Below are positions 51,621-61,418 of a stretch of 64,000 bases of DNA, in pieces (positions within the stretch are counted from its first letter, which is position 1; each line of letters opens with the position of its first letter). Below the pieces are notes generated by a model. It was given only the letters and a program-made list of their open reading frames with translations. It was not told the DNA's origin and searched no databases. The position numbers were made by a program, and so were the translations under genes. The DNA is from Myxococcota bacterium (GTDB lineage Bacteria > Myxococcota_A > SURF-8): assembly GCA_965140415.1 (NCBI GenBank), contig OZ223209.1, positions 3,712,001 through 3,776,000 on the forward strand. The letters run 5' to 3'.

Positions 51621-51922
51621 GAGGGTGCTTCCTTTCGATCGATTCCACAGGGCTGGGTGACTGTGACCCGGTCCGCTTTCCCGCAGCAGGCGCATGGCCG
51701 ACACCTGCAAACGAGACGCATCAAATAATAATGCCATATCACTACTGTCGCTTCAAGCGGTTTTAAGGCTTGAAAACGGCGGAGTCGCCAAGCCCTGGCG
51801 GCCATTCGATAGATGAATTTTCCAGTTGCTCTATTTCCTTTTTTCTTGTAAGGCAGATGCGGCTTGCAGATTGGGGGTTGGTTTGGGTATAGTACGCGCT
51901 GATAATATCTGTGGAGGAAAGA

Positions 51923-52483
51923 ATGGCTTTTCTGGACACATTGCCGGTTTGGGCTTTGGCTCTGATGATCTTCTTCCTGCGAATAGTCGATGTTTCGATG
52001 GGAACCGTTCGCATGGTCGCGGTGGTCAATGGAATGACCCGCCTGGCAGTGGGGTTGGGTTTCTTTGAAATTCTGGTTTGGGTGATGGCGGTTTCGCAAG
52101 TTATTGCTCGCATCGGCGAAAGCCCTATACTGATTCTGGCTTATGCTGGTGGGTATGCAACCGGAAATGCTTTGGGAATCTTGATTGAAGGGCGCATGGC
52201 GTTCGGCATGGTGGTTTTACGGATTTTCACCGCCAAAGCCGGAGAGCAGATTGCAAAAGTTTTACGAAACAAAGGACAGGTATTGACGACATTCGATGGA
52301 GAGGGCCGGGATGGTCCGGTAACCCTGCTTTTCGTCACCTGTCCGCGCCGCAAACAGAACGAGTTATTGGCTTTGGCCCGAAAAGAAGATCCGAACTTGT
52401 TTTTTACGGTCGAACGTGCCAATGCCTGGCGGCATCGCCATGGCAGTGTAAAAAACTGGCACCTGCTATCGAAAAGGAAATAG
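51923..52483 (+). CDS. UPF0316 / DUF2179-DUF5698 membrane protein
   Basis: IFFLRIVDVSMGT.R, GFFE...W, YAGGYATGN..G..IE, T..DGEG.DG, DP..F. Confidence 0.85.
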   Translation: MAFLDTLPVWALALMIFFLRIVDVSMGTVRMVAVVNGMTRLAVGLGFFEILVWVMAVSQVIARIGESPILILAYAGGYATGNALGILIEGRMAFGMVVLRIFTAKAGEQIAKVLRNKGQVLTTFDGEGRDGPVTLLFVTCPRRKQNELLALARKEDPNLFFTVERANAWRHRHGSVKNWHLLSKRK

Positions 52484-52540
52484 CTGAAAATACTGGTAAT
52501 AGATACCAGACAAAAGCCGGATATCGGAAAGGATGACTCC

Positions 52541-53725
52541 ATGTCGATGCGCAAATTGGTTCTCTGCTTGATGTTGCTTCTGGTTGTATTGGCTCTCGTC
52601 GCGTGTGGTGCGGAAGACGATGTAGACGACACCGATGATGTAGATGGGGATGAAAATGTGACCGACGGCGACAACAATTCACCCAACAATCCGTTTGTAC
52701 CCTATTATCCACCGCTGACCGATGGAGACGGAACGACGGATGGGGATCAATCGACCGATGGAGATGGCCTGGTCGATGGCGACAATAGTGTGGATGGCGA
52801 TACCCCGACCGATGGAGATGGAACGGTCGATGGAGATGGAACGGTCGATGGCGATCATCCCACAGACGGCGACAGTCCGATCGATGGGGATGTTCCTGTC
52901 GATGGCGACGAGCCTGTCGATGGAGATGAACCTGTCGATGGCGATGAACCCGTCGATGGAGATGTTCCTGTCGATGGCGATGAACCTGTCGATGGTGATG
53001 AACCGGTGGATGGCGATGAGCCGGTGGATGGAGATGAGCCGGTGGATGGCGATTGGCTGCCGAACTTGAAACTGTCGGATTTGCAGAATGTAAACAGCCC
53101 GAATCACCCCGATCTGGGACGAGTTCGCGTCAATGGTATTGTGGTGACAGGCGAAGCATTTCTGGTTACGAGCAGTGGATTATGGGGCATCTTCGTATCC
53201 GATATCGGTGGCGGTGACTATTCCGGGGGAATGCTGGTTTGGAAACCGACCAGCGTGTCACCGGATTACGGCTACGATCCTCCCGAGATGCAGCCAGGAG
53301 ATGTGATCGATGTAGAAGGATCGTACGCGGAATACTGCGGCATTGATGACGGCTACAGTTCCTGCTCGACGCAAATCGAATTGACTCCATACCAGCAAGC
53401 CATCGGGCAGGTTACGCAAACCGGTGAAAGCGCTCGCGTTCCTCCTGCCGTGCAGGTCAACCCGGCGAGTGTGCGCACCGGGGCGAGTACGGCGGATACT
53501 TATCAATATCGCTTGATCAAAGTAAGCGACGTCACGGTGACCGATGTGAGTCTTGGATATGGAGAGTTTCTGATCACGGGCGATCTGCGCGTGGACGATA
53601 CGCTGTATAGCTACACCATGCCTGAAGTAGATGATAGCTACTACTGGATCACCGGATTCTTGTATACAAGCTACGACGACTACAAACTGACTCCGCGCAA
53701 CGCAGAAGATATGGTCGCGCAGTAA
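52541..53725 (+). CDS. Lipoprotein with a long DGD repeat and OB-fold-like C-terminal domains
   Basis: Lipobox LVAC; (DGDEPV)n; GIVVT..GIFV.D..GG.YSG...GDVIDVEG...EY..TQI resembles OB domains of extracellular nucleases. Confidence 0.8.
   Translation: MSMRKLVLCLMLLLVVLALVACGAEDDVDDTDDVDGDENVTDGDNNSPNNPFVPYYPPLTDGDGTTDGDQSTDGDGLVDGDNSVDGDTPTDGDGTVDGDGTVDGDHPTDGDSPIDGDVPVDGDEPVDGDEPVDGDEPVDGDVPVDGDEPVDGDEPVDGDEPVDGDEPVDGDWLPNLKLSDLQNVNSPNHPDLGRVRVNGIVVTGEAFLVTSSGLWGIFVSDIGGGDYSGGMLVWKPTSVSPDYGYDPPEMQPGDVIDVEGSYAEYCGIDDGYSSCSTQIELTPYQQAIGQVTQTGESARVPPAVQVNPASVRTGASTADTYQYRLIKVSDVTVTDVSLGYGEFLITGDLRVDDTLYSYTMPEVDDSYYWITGFLYTSYDDYKLTPRNAEDMVAQ
52718..53053. repeat. 18-bp coding tandem repeat (GATGGMGAY-core) encoding DGDxxx hexapeptides
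   Basis: Repeated GTCGATGGCGATGAACCT-like units are directly visible. Confidence 0.85.
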
Positions 53726-53830
53726 ATCGATTTCAAAACCGACTCTACCCCGCTTCGGTATCCTTCTCGAAGCAGGGCAGAGTTTTATGGCAGTGGAAAT
53801 TTCTCATTCCTGTCTATCGAGAACTCATGA

Positions 53831-53931
53831 TGTGCCATGGTCTCACGGAATGGAAATTCCGGGAGACCGTATCTAACCTCAAGAAAACACACAGCCTTCC
53901 GCGATCTTTGATCGCGTAAGACTATGGCACA
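53831..53931. repeat. ~100-bp TIR-bounded dispersed element, copy 3
   Basis: TGTGCCATGGTCTCACGGAATGGAAATTCCGGGAGACC...CGCGATCTTTGATCGCGTAAGACTATGGCACA. Confidence 0.85.
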
Positions 53932-53998
53932 TATTCTTCAAATCAGTGGCTAAATCTGTTTCACCGAGTTCTTGACAACTGCACTTTCGAGAAATCCC

Positions 53999-55072
53999 CT
54001 AGGCGTCGTCTTCAATCAGCTCATCCTTGATGGCAAACAGGTTTGGAATAGGAATCGGCAGTGAATTCCATGTGTTGGGATCGACTACCAGTCGGTAGCT
54101 CGTACCGACATTGCCCTGTTTGAACATGATGTTCCATCCACGAATGAGATAGGGGCAGGTATCGTTGATGCAGACGTACAGGTCGTGATCCCAGGTGGTA
54201 AAGGGATTTTCCGTTACGGCCCATTTATGCAGTTTCCCCTCGCAGAACGGGCAGCGATGCGTTTCCGCCATCATATCGCGACGCTGTTCCAGAATCTCCG
54301 GGGCCGGCAGCGGAACGAGTTCGGCAATTGCCGACGGTCGCTCTTTGCGTGTTGCGCTCTCCAGTCCTGCCTTTTCCGCATACACTGCGAAAATCGGATC
54401 GCTGGGAATACCTGCTTTGGCGTACTTGTCATCGGCAGGACGTGGCAGTCCCATCGACACAAAATGCTGGCTCTCTTCGAAACGACCGGTGAACAGGAAG
54501 AAATCATCGATGAGTTTCAGCCGTTCGTGCTCGGTGCAGTCCGCCCAGACGCGAGTGACTTTTTGCGGGAAATAGCGATTGCTGAAGATCACAAGAAACA
54601 GACCTCCCGGCTTTAAAACACGCGCTACTTCCGCGAAAACGTCGATCGGGTGCGTCAGGTAATCGACGGATACGGTGTTGAGTACGACATCGAAGGTATT
54701 GTCTTCAAAGGGTAATTCCGGGTTTTCATTGAGATCGTGCACAAGCCGGTCGGTTAACCGCTCATTGGTTTCCAGTTCCTGCTGGTTCATACCCAGGCCG
54801 ATTAAAGCCGCCGGATTCACTTCGCCAGGCAGGTGGCTGTCGCAGGATGCCATCAAATCCAGGATGACCGGGCGCGGCTCGATGATCAACTGGCCGATGA
54901 GTTTCTGCACCGTTTCCAATGCCTGTGCATCCAAATGCGAAACGATGCGCGGACGCTGGTAGAACAGCTGATCCGCCTGCTCGTCGAGTCTTGAAAATGC
55001 GGTTCCGCTGGTAAGAATGGCTCGATGTCCATCTTTGGCTGGAGCGAGAAATTCTGGTGTGTTCACGATCAT
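53999..55072 (-). CDS. Class I SAM methyltransferase-like protein fused to a C-terminal Cys4 domain
   Basis: RLDE..D..FY..PR.V.H.D, LDLM.S..SHLP, GLGMN..EL..N, VSVDYL, FSNR.FP.K, SDP; then CPFC...VCIND.CPY..RGW. Confidence 0.82.
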   Translation of the reverse strand: MIVNTPEFLAPAKDGHRAILTSGTAFSRLDEQADQLFYQRPRIVSHLDAQALETVQKLIGQLIIEPRPVILDLMASCDSHLPGEVNPAALIGLGMNQQELETNERLTDRLVHDLNENPELPFEDNTFDVVLNTVSVDYLTHPIDVFAEVARVLKPGGLFLVIFSNRYFPQKVTRVWADCTEHERLKLIDDFFLFTGRFEESQHFVSMGLPRPADDKYAKAGIPSDPIFAVYAEKAGLESATRKERPSAIAELVPLPAPEILEQRRDMMAETHRCPFCEGKLHKWAVTENPFTTWDHDLYVCINDTCPYLIRGWNIMFKQGNVGTSYRLVVDPNTWNSLPIPIPNLFAIKDELIEDDA

Positions 55073-55241
55073 TCTCCCTAATACTGAGTTGCCAATCACG
55101 GTTGCTGACCTGTCTCCACAGATTGGAGCTGGCCCGATTGCATTCAGTATCCGAATGGGTAAGAAGAATGTCAATGCGTTGCATCAGGTCGGAAAGGAAA
55201 GGAATATCCTGAATTTTCAGTCTATTAAGAAGTAAGGAAAG

Positions 55242-56093
55242 CTATTTCGTCGATAAACCCGAGGGGGCTTGCTCCGCGACGACGCCAAGCACATTTGGAA
55301 TTTCCCACTGGGAAATGTTCAGATCTTGCGGATAAAAGCCGGTTTCGAAACTGCCGAACAAGTCCAGATCGACTCCGTTGGCATGAATGGAAAGACTGGC
55401 CTTGGCGCCTCCATCCAGGTGCATGGCGCGCACGATTTCCAGCGGTTGCGCCAGAATCATCCGGTTAAACGCCCACATCGATTGCGCTTCACGGCAGAAC
55501 AGGAAAAGCAACCTGCCCTTTTTGTCCATAGCCAATGCCGCTTCGCTCCAGCGTTTTTGGCTTGGTTTCCAGACGTTGATTCCATCACCCTTGATCAGCC
55601 TCAAATTCTGAACGACAATCGAGTAGTCGCTTAGCGAGTTCGTATCGTAGGGCAAATCCACCAGCAAGGCGGAAGCTCGATCATTGCCTTTCGGTTCCAG
55701 CGCCAGGACGGAGCGGTAGTTACTCCAACGTGCATTATTGATGGTCGATCCCACGCGCAGATAACCGATGTGGGTGCGGTGGTCTTCACCATACATGCCC
55801 AGGTTAATGGCGATACTCAACCCGAACTGCTTGCACCAGTCCGCTGCCAGGCGACGCTTGTTCCCATGCTCGGAAGCCAACAAGGCACGGAATTTGACTT
55901 GTCCGGGCTCGATTCGCACGACATGCAGTTGACGTTCGGGATGCTTGTCTTCGGGTGCAATGACAATACGGGCGTATTCGACGCCGCTTTGCAGGCTTTT
56001 CCACTGGATCGGCGGTGGGATAGACGGAGCCGGAGGCGGCGCAATCAACGTCGCTTGAAGACTCATCATGATAAGAATCCAAAGGATGGACAA
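55242..56093 (-). CDS. Phosphodiester glycosidase (NAGPA)-family secreted protein
   Basis: LHVVRIEP, AIN.G, S..ALAMDK.G.L, AMHLDGG..ASL, PNVLGV. Confidence 0.75.
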   Translation of the reverse strand: MSILWILIMMSLQATLIAPPPAPSIPPPIQWKSLQSGVEYARIVIAPEDKHPERQLHVVRIEPGQVKFRALLASEHGNKRRLAADWCKQFGLSIAINLGMYGEDHRTHIGYLRVGSTINNARWSNYRSVLALEPKGNDRASALLVDLPYDTNSLSDYSIVVQNLRLIKGDGINVWKPSQKRWSEAALAMDKKGRLLFLFCREAQSMWAFNRMILAQPLEIVRAMHLDGGAKASLSIHANGVDLDLFGSFETGFYPQDLNISQWEIPNVLGVVAEQAPSGLSTK

Positions 56094-56409
56094 AACTCGT
56101 TTCCCTCCCGCAATTTCTGTGCGGCTACGACCCAGTTTCCAAATTCGAGTTTAGCATAAGCACCGTGAATCCGCCATGGGATTGTGTGGTCACGTTGTGT
56201 GACGGCTTTGCACTCCGTTCAACGGATCCCACGCACAGCAGCTATTCGGATTTTAGGTAGAAAAGATTCCAAGGGTGTTGTCTGCAATGATATTATATCC
56301 GGCAAATCGGAGTTTGTGTGGACATGGATCCATTACGGCTTGGTTTCGTTTATGTACGGCTAAAAGTCGAGAATATTTCTTCTATGAATGGCATTTAGAG
56401 GAAAAAAAC

Positions 56410-58764
56410 ATGGAAGTGTTTAGAATGGTCCTAGCGATTGTAAGTATTCTTTCTTTTGCGATTCTGGGCAGTTGCAGTGATGCTGGGGATATCGCTGATG
56501 GCGACGCAATCACTTTTGCGGACGGTGATGGTGAAACGGAATCGGAAACCGAAAGCGACTTCGACTTTGAAATGACGGATCTGCTTCCCTATATCGATCC
56601 ACTGATCGGCAGTTCCGGCTCCGGCAACGTGATTGTAGGTGCACTCCGACCACACGGGTTCGTGCGGGTTGGTCCGGCCACGCATGAGGAGCCCGGAGCG
56701 GTAACGGGCTATCATTTCGATACCCCACTGATTGATGGTTTCGCCCACACATTTTTAGAAGGACCGGGGGGAGGCAGCAACGGCTATGCTCAAATCCTGA
56801 TCGCTCCGGTTACCGGTGATATCGCGACGAATCGTGATGACTATGCTCAGGGCTTCAGCCATACGGAAGAACAGGCCGAGGCCGGGTACTATGCCGTGTC
56901 ACTTGAAAACGGCGTTCGGGTGGAACTGGCGGCGGGAGGATTCAGCGCGATTCACCGCTATCTATATCCGGCGGAGGCCAATGCCGCCATTATCCTGGAT
57001 CTCGGCTATTCGAGAGGAGATTCAATCGACGGATCGGTTGAGATCATCGACGCGCATACGATTGAAGGTGTAGGTGTGTACAACGTCCATCCCATGCTGG
57101 AGTTGCTCCTTTCAGGCGAGGAAGGAAGCACCGGACACAGTACCATTTATTTCCATATCGAAACGAGCGCGGCGATGACGGAGTCCGGAGTCTTCCATTC
57201 CGCCGAAGAAGAGCCGCTGCAGCCGGGAGTGTCAGAGGCTTCGGGAAAGCGGATCGGTGCTTATGCACGCTTCGGAATTCTTAGTGAGCCGCTTGTACTG
57301 CGAGTCGGGCTATCCAGGGTTTCCATCGAGCAGGCGCGCCGGAATCTATCCGTCGAGTTGGACTCGTTGGACTTCGACGGATTGAGGGAAGACACCGCCT
57401 CCCGCTGGAATCGTTTACTGAACCGGGTCCAAGTAACTGGCGGAAAGGATACAACCAGAACGATCTTCTACACGGCGCTTTTTCACAGTCTTTTCCAGCC
57501 GACCGATATGACCGAAGCGGATGGCGTATACACGAACGGTGCGGATGGCACGGACTCCGTGGATTCGGCGCAGGGCTGGACGTATTACAGTGATGACTGG
57601 TGCATGTGGGACACCTTCCGTACTTTGCATCCATTGGGGACATTGGTTGAACCCGAAATCCGATCCGATGTCGTGCGGTCGCTACTGGCCATTTACGAAC
57701 GTGGCGGCTGGCTGCCCAAATGTTCCTGGCAGGGGACCGGATATTCGCGTGTTATGATCGCCAATCCGGCGACGCCCATTATTGCGGATGCGTATGTCAA
57801 AGGATTTGATGAGTTCGACGCCGATCTGGCCTATCAGGCGATTTACAAAAGCGCCATGCAAGACAACGACAATCCGACCCAGGATGGCATGTGCGGGTAT
57901 TTGAATCTGGGTACGCCCCAGGACTACCTTACGCTTGGGTATATCCCGCACGAATGCGACCCAACGCAGTCAGTGTCGATGACACTCGAATATGCCCAGG
58001 ATGATTTCTGCACCGCCCGTATGGCAGAGGCGCTGGGAAAGACGGAAGATGCCGCCTATTTCGATGAGCGCGCTCAAAATTATCGCAGCCACTGGAACAC
58101 GGAAGAAGGCTTCATGGTTCCGCGTAATGCGGACGGTTCCTGGGTAACGCCTTTCGATCCTGCCGACAGTTCGGATTTCAACGATTTTTGCGAGGCATCG
58201 AGTTGGATTTATAGTTGGTATGTGCCGCACGACGTGCCAGGGCTGATGGAACTGATTGGCGGTAAAGAAAAAACGGTCGCCAAGCTCGATGCTTTTTTCG
58301 ATGGTGGCTTCTTCGATGTGGGAAACGAACCCAGTTTCCATATTCCGTTTCTATATAACATGGCCGGACGCCCCGACTTGACGCAGTCGAGAGTCAATAC
58401 AATATGGCAGGATTCCTTTTCGGAAAGTCCTTCCGGTCTTCCAGGCAACGATGACAGCGGCGCCATGAGCGCTTACATCGTTTTCGGAATGCTTGGCTTG
58501 TATCCCATCTCTCCCGGTGAACCGCGTTACCAAATCGCGACCCCTGCCTTTTCGAGTATCGTTCTGCACTTGCACCCAAGCTATTATTCGGGTGGAATAT
58601 TCGAAATCGTCGCGGAAGGATTGTCGGAATCCGCCATCTACATTCAATCTGCGAGTTTAAACGGAACACCGCTCGAAATTCCTGAAATCACCCACGCACA
58701 GATCGTTGCAGGAGGCGAACTGAGATTGAAGATGGGGGATCAACCCGGCTCTTGGGGCAGGTGA
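56410..58764 (+). CDS. GH92 alpha-1,2-mannosidase family lipoprotein
   Basis: IDPLIGS, GA..P.G, FYTALFH, WDTFR..HP, S.TLEYA.DD, E...W.YSWYVPHD, GNEPSFH.P.LY, GLPGNDDSGAMSA. Confidence 0.92.
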   Translation: MEVFRMVLAIVSILSFAILGSCSDAGDIADGDAITFADGDGETESETESDFDFEMTDLLPYIDPLIGSSGSGNVIVGALRPHGFVRVGPATHEEPGAVTGYHFDTPLIDGFAHTFLEGPGGGSNGYAQILIAPVTGDIATNRDDYAQGFSHTEEQAEAGYYAVSLENGVRVELAAGGFSAIHRYLYPAEANAAIILDLGYSRGDSIDGSVEIIDAHTIEGVGVYNVHPMLELLLSGEEGSTGHSTIYFHIETSAAMTESGVFHSAEEEPLQPGVSEASGKRIGAYARFGILSEPLVLRVGLSRVSIEQARRNLSVELDSLDFDGLREDTASRWNRLLNRVQVTGGKDTTRTIFYTALFHSLFQPTDMTEADGVYTNGADGTDSVDSAQGWTYYSDDWCMWDTFRTLHPLGTLVEPEIRSDVVRSLLAIYERGGWLPKCSWQGTGYSRVMIANPATPIIADAYVKGFDEFDADLAYQAIYKSAMQDNDNPTQDGMCGYLNLGTPQDYLTLGYIPHECDPTQSVSMTLEYAQDDFCTARMAEALGKTEDAAYFDERAQNYRSHWNTEEGFMVPRNADGSWVTPFDPADSSDFNDFCEASSWIYSWYVPHDVPGLMELIGGKEKTVAKLDAFFDGGFFDVGNEPSFHIPFLYNMAGRPDLTQSRVNTIWQDSFSESPSGLPGNDDSGAMSAYIVFGMLGLYPISPGEPRYQIATPAFSSIVLHLHPSYYSGGIFEIVAEGLSESAIYIQSASLNGTPLEIPEITHAQIVAGGELRLKMGDQPGSWGR

Positions 58765-58881
58765 TCGGAAAGCTTCGTAAATAAACCTCGACCTGTTGTG
58801 TTTGCGTGTACGGAATTCCTTTCCCTTCCCGTTTTTACTCACCTGTCTGGAATCCGAACGGCGCAGTCGATCATCGACCTC

Positions 58882-58929
58882 GCAAACTCCTTGAAATTAC
58901 ATAAGACAACCTTTGGCATAGTCTTCGCA
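58882..58929 (+). promoter_or_regulatory. Candidate sigma54 promoter with an upstream IHF-like site for comM
   Basis: TGGCATAGTCTTCGCA has GG-N10-GC spacing (58915-58928); AAACTCCTTGAAA upstream resembles a reversed IHF consensus. Confidence 0.4.
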
Positions 58930-58994
58930 CAAACTAAATGCATACCCAGCGGGGGGACGGTGGGACCATTTTCCCGATGATCGAGGAGCGAGGC

Positions 58995-59696
58995 ATGCTG
59001 GCCAACATTATCAGCGGTGCGCTATTGGGCATCGATGCCTACAAAGTCAATGTCGAAGTGGACATGGCGATGGGGTTGCCGCAAATGAACGTGGTCGGTC
59101 TGCCCAACGGTGCGGTGCGCGAGAGCAAGGAGCGGGTGCGCAGCGCCATCAAAAACGCCGGTTTCCCGCTTCCTTCCCGGCGTGTGACCATCAACCTGGC
59201 CCCGGCGGATATTCGCAAGGAAGGCGCGGCCTTCGATCTGCCGATGTCCATCGGCATGCTGGCCTGCGCCGATGTCATTGCCGGGGACCGGCTGAGAGAA
59301 TACATGGTGCTGGGCGAACTGGCGTTGGACGGTGCCATCAAGCCGATTCGCGGGGCGCTGTCACTGGCAGCCGCCTGTCGCGATCAGGGATTGCGCGGTG
59401 TTTTGTTGCCTCACGAAAACGCGCGCGAAGCCTCTGTCGTGGAGGGCATCGACGTGATCGGGGTGCACGATTTACCCCAGGCCATTCGATTTCTAAACCA
59501 GGTGGAAGCCATCGAACCGGAGCAGGCTTTGTCGCTTGTGGATTCCGACCGGGACGAAACCGCGCTGGTGGATCTGGCGGATGTCAAAGGCCAGGAGCAT
59601 GTCAAGCGCGCGTTGGAAGTCGCTGCGGCGGGTGGGCATAACACACTGCTGGTCGGTCCACCCGGAAGCGGGAAAACCCTTCACATGGGCTCATGA
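58995..59696 (+). pseudogene. comM: 5' fragment of comM/yifB (Mg-chelatase-like AAA ATPase), interrupted
   Basis: [77 protein letters not shown], then a stop 5 codons later. The family is normally about twice this long. Confidence 0.88.
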
Positions 59697-59843
59697 TCTT
59701 CGGACCATGCTGCCTGAGGCGGAACTGCCTGAAATGTTTTGTATTTGCACCCTAAGTTTGTACGGTTGTTAGTTGTTCCCTTCTCCCCTGAAGCAAATCC
59801 AATGTATCAAGTGTTTGTTCTAAGGAAAATACACGGTATATTC

Positions 59844-61418
59844 TTATTCATCCAGTGCCGCTTCAAGTTCCTCAAAAGCCTTGTCAGCATTCCGAATTAT
59901 CATGTCCCTAACTTCTTCACTGAGACCGCTACTAAGATCAGCAAAATCCTTAGATGGTTTTAATAGTTCTGCTAGAGCATAAACTGTATTTCCGTCAAAA
60001 TAGTATTCTCTAATAGTTGCCCGACGTAAAACAATATTGGTTGAGATATTTGTCATCTCCTCGATTGATAATTCTTCACCACTTTCTGTGTCACTACTGT
60101 ATGTTTTTACCATGCTGCTTACTTTTGATTGCAGTGTTGAGGCAAGATCTGCTTTCGCCATTTGTGCAGCCATCCTCATTCCAATGGGTTTGGGTAATTG
60201 AGCTGAGGATACTCCTACCGCAAAAATAGCATTGCTTTCTTCTGATAAAGCTTTTGTACCTGATTTAACCCAAGTTGGGGGTGTATTGCCTTCACGAACC
60301 AATGCATTAAGAGTTTTAGGTGCTATCGGCAAAGCAGTGTAGGGCTCTACAGGCTCATCTCCCCCTCTCCAAGGAATTTGATAATAACCAAGAAATGTAC
60401 AAACGGCACTTCCGTCCTCTAGAGTTCTACATTTTTCATCATAGACAACTAAAGAATCTTTATCTATTTTCCCTTCTGTCACCATCTGCATGATTGATCT
60501 GAAATCGTGTGTCGCAGATGTTTTGTCATCAACAGATTTGGATGATCTTGATATGCTGTCTTGAAATGTCACCCACACCCCATATAGGCGTTGTGTTACT
60601 TCCTTTATTAAATCTGCAAAAGCTCGTTCCCTGGCTAACATTAGGCGTGAACTGCGAGTCATACTGTCATTCGCGTAGCCATAGCCATCAACGAATATCT
60701 TACCTGTCTCAAGATATGAAGATCCTCCGATTGCTGCCTGTAGCCTTTGAAACAATTGTTGATCAAATTCATGCTGTACGATATTTGCATTTATTCCGCA
60801 CTTGAAGTCCTTCTCTGAAAGCTTTTGATTTACTACCAAGGATCCGCTTACTCTTTCACCGGAAGCTAAACTAAAAGGGTTTAACGATACATTGTACTTA
60901 GATCTAGTTCGTAGGTTATTATTGTTTTCCTTAGGTGTGACTTGGTTAGACAACTCAAAAGTTGATGATGAGGCTATATCACTTCTGGTGTTTAGAGGGG
61001 TGCTTGAAGAACTGGATAGCAAGTGGACTGATTGTTTAAGTTTATAATTCTTGTCCTGCGAGAGATACTTCCTCTCTTGTGAGGGATTAATCTCCTTGTG
61101 TGTTGTATTATTCCCATCGAAAGTCGAGGCATAAACATAGCCCGGAGAGTACACTGTGAGATCAAGGTCAGACATACCAACATTGCTATAATTATACGCA
61201 GTAATCAAATAAACGTGACGCTGAGGTTCAACTTCTAATGCAAGATGCCAGACTTCAATCTCAATTTCCTGTCTGTTAAAGTAGTTCTGTATCTGGATGG
61301 TAATTATTGCTGTAAAGAAGGTGGCCAGAATAAAAAGAACTACCTTGTTTGATGCAAACCTTAATAGTGTCTTTCGGGGTGAATTCATTATTTCTTGAAA
61401 CTTACTTAACACTTGCAT
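59844..61418 (-). CDS. Membrane-anchored protein with two LPP20/FlgP-like domains
   Basis: SD GAGGAGG before ATG 61418; N-terminal TM; GYGYA..LMLARERA..D...LYGV.V; PPTWV...IFAVG..A...AKADLA...YALAEL..NADKAFEEL. Confidence 0.7.
   Translation of the reverse strand: MQVLSKFQEIMNSPRKTLLRFASNKVVLFILATFFTAIITIQIQNYFNRQEIEIEVWHLALEVEPQRHVYLITAYNYSNVGMSDLDLTVYSPGYVYASTFDGNNTTHKEINPSQERKYLSQDKNYKLKQSVHLLSSSSSTPLNTRSDIASSSTFELSNQVTPKENNNNLRTRSKYNVSLNPFSLASGERVSGSLVVNQKLSEKDFKCGINANIVQHEFDQQLFQRLQAAIGGSSYLETGKIFVDGYGYANDSMTRSSRLMLARERAFADLIKEVTQRLYGVWVTFQDSISRSSKSVDDKTSATHDFRSIMQMVTEGKIDKDSLVVYDEKCRTLEDGSAVCTFLGYYQIPWRGGDEPVEPYTALPIAPKTLNALVREGNTPPTWVKSGTKALSEESNAIFAVGVSSAQLPKPIGMRMAAQMAKADLASTLQSKVSSMVKTYSSDTESGEELSIEEMTNISTNIVLRRATIREYYFDGNTVYALAELLKPSKDFADLSSGLSEEVRDMIIRNADKAFEELEAALDE

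Noticed and set aside
52718-53053. Tandem repeats as a possible CRISPR-like array
   Set aside because: In-frame 18-bp coding repeats with synonymous variation and no unique spacers.
59704-59736. TMLPEAELPEM, faintly like the normal comM continuation after Walker A
   Set aside because: Too short and divergent to call a frameshifted continuation; no further comM motifs follow.
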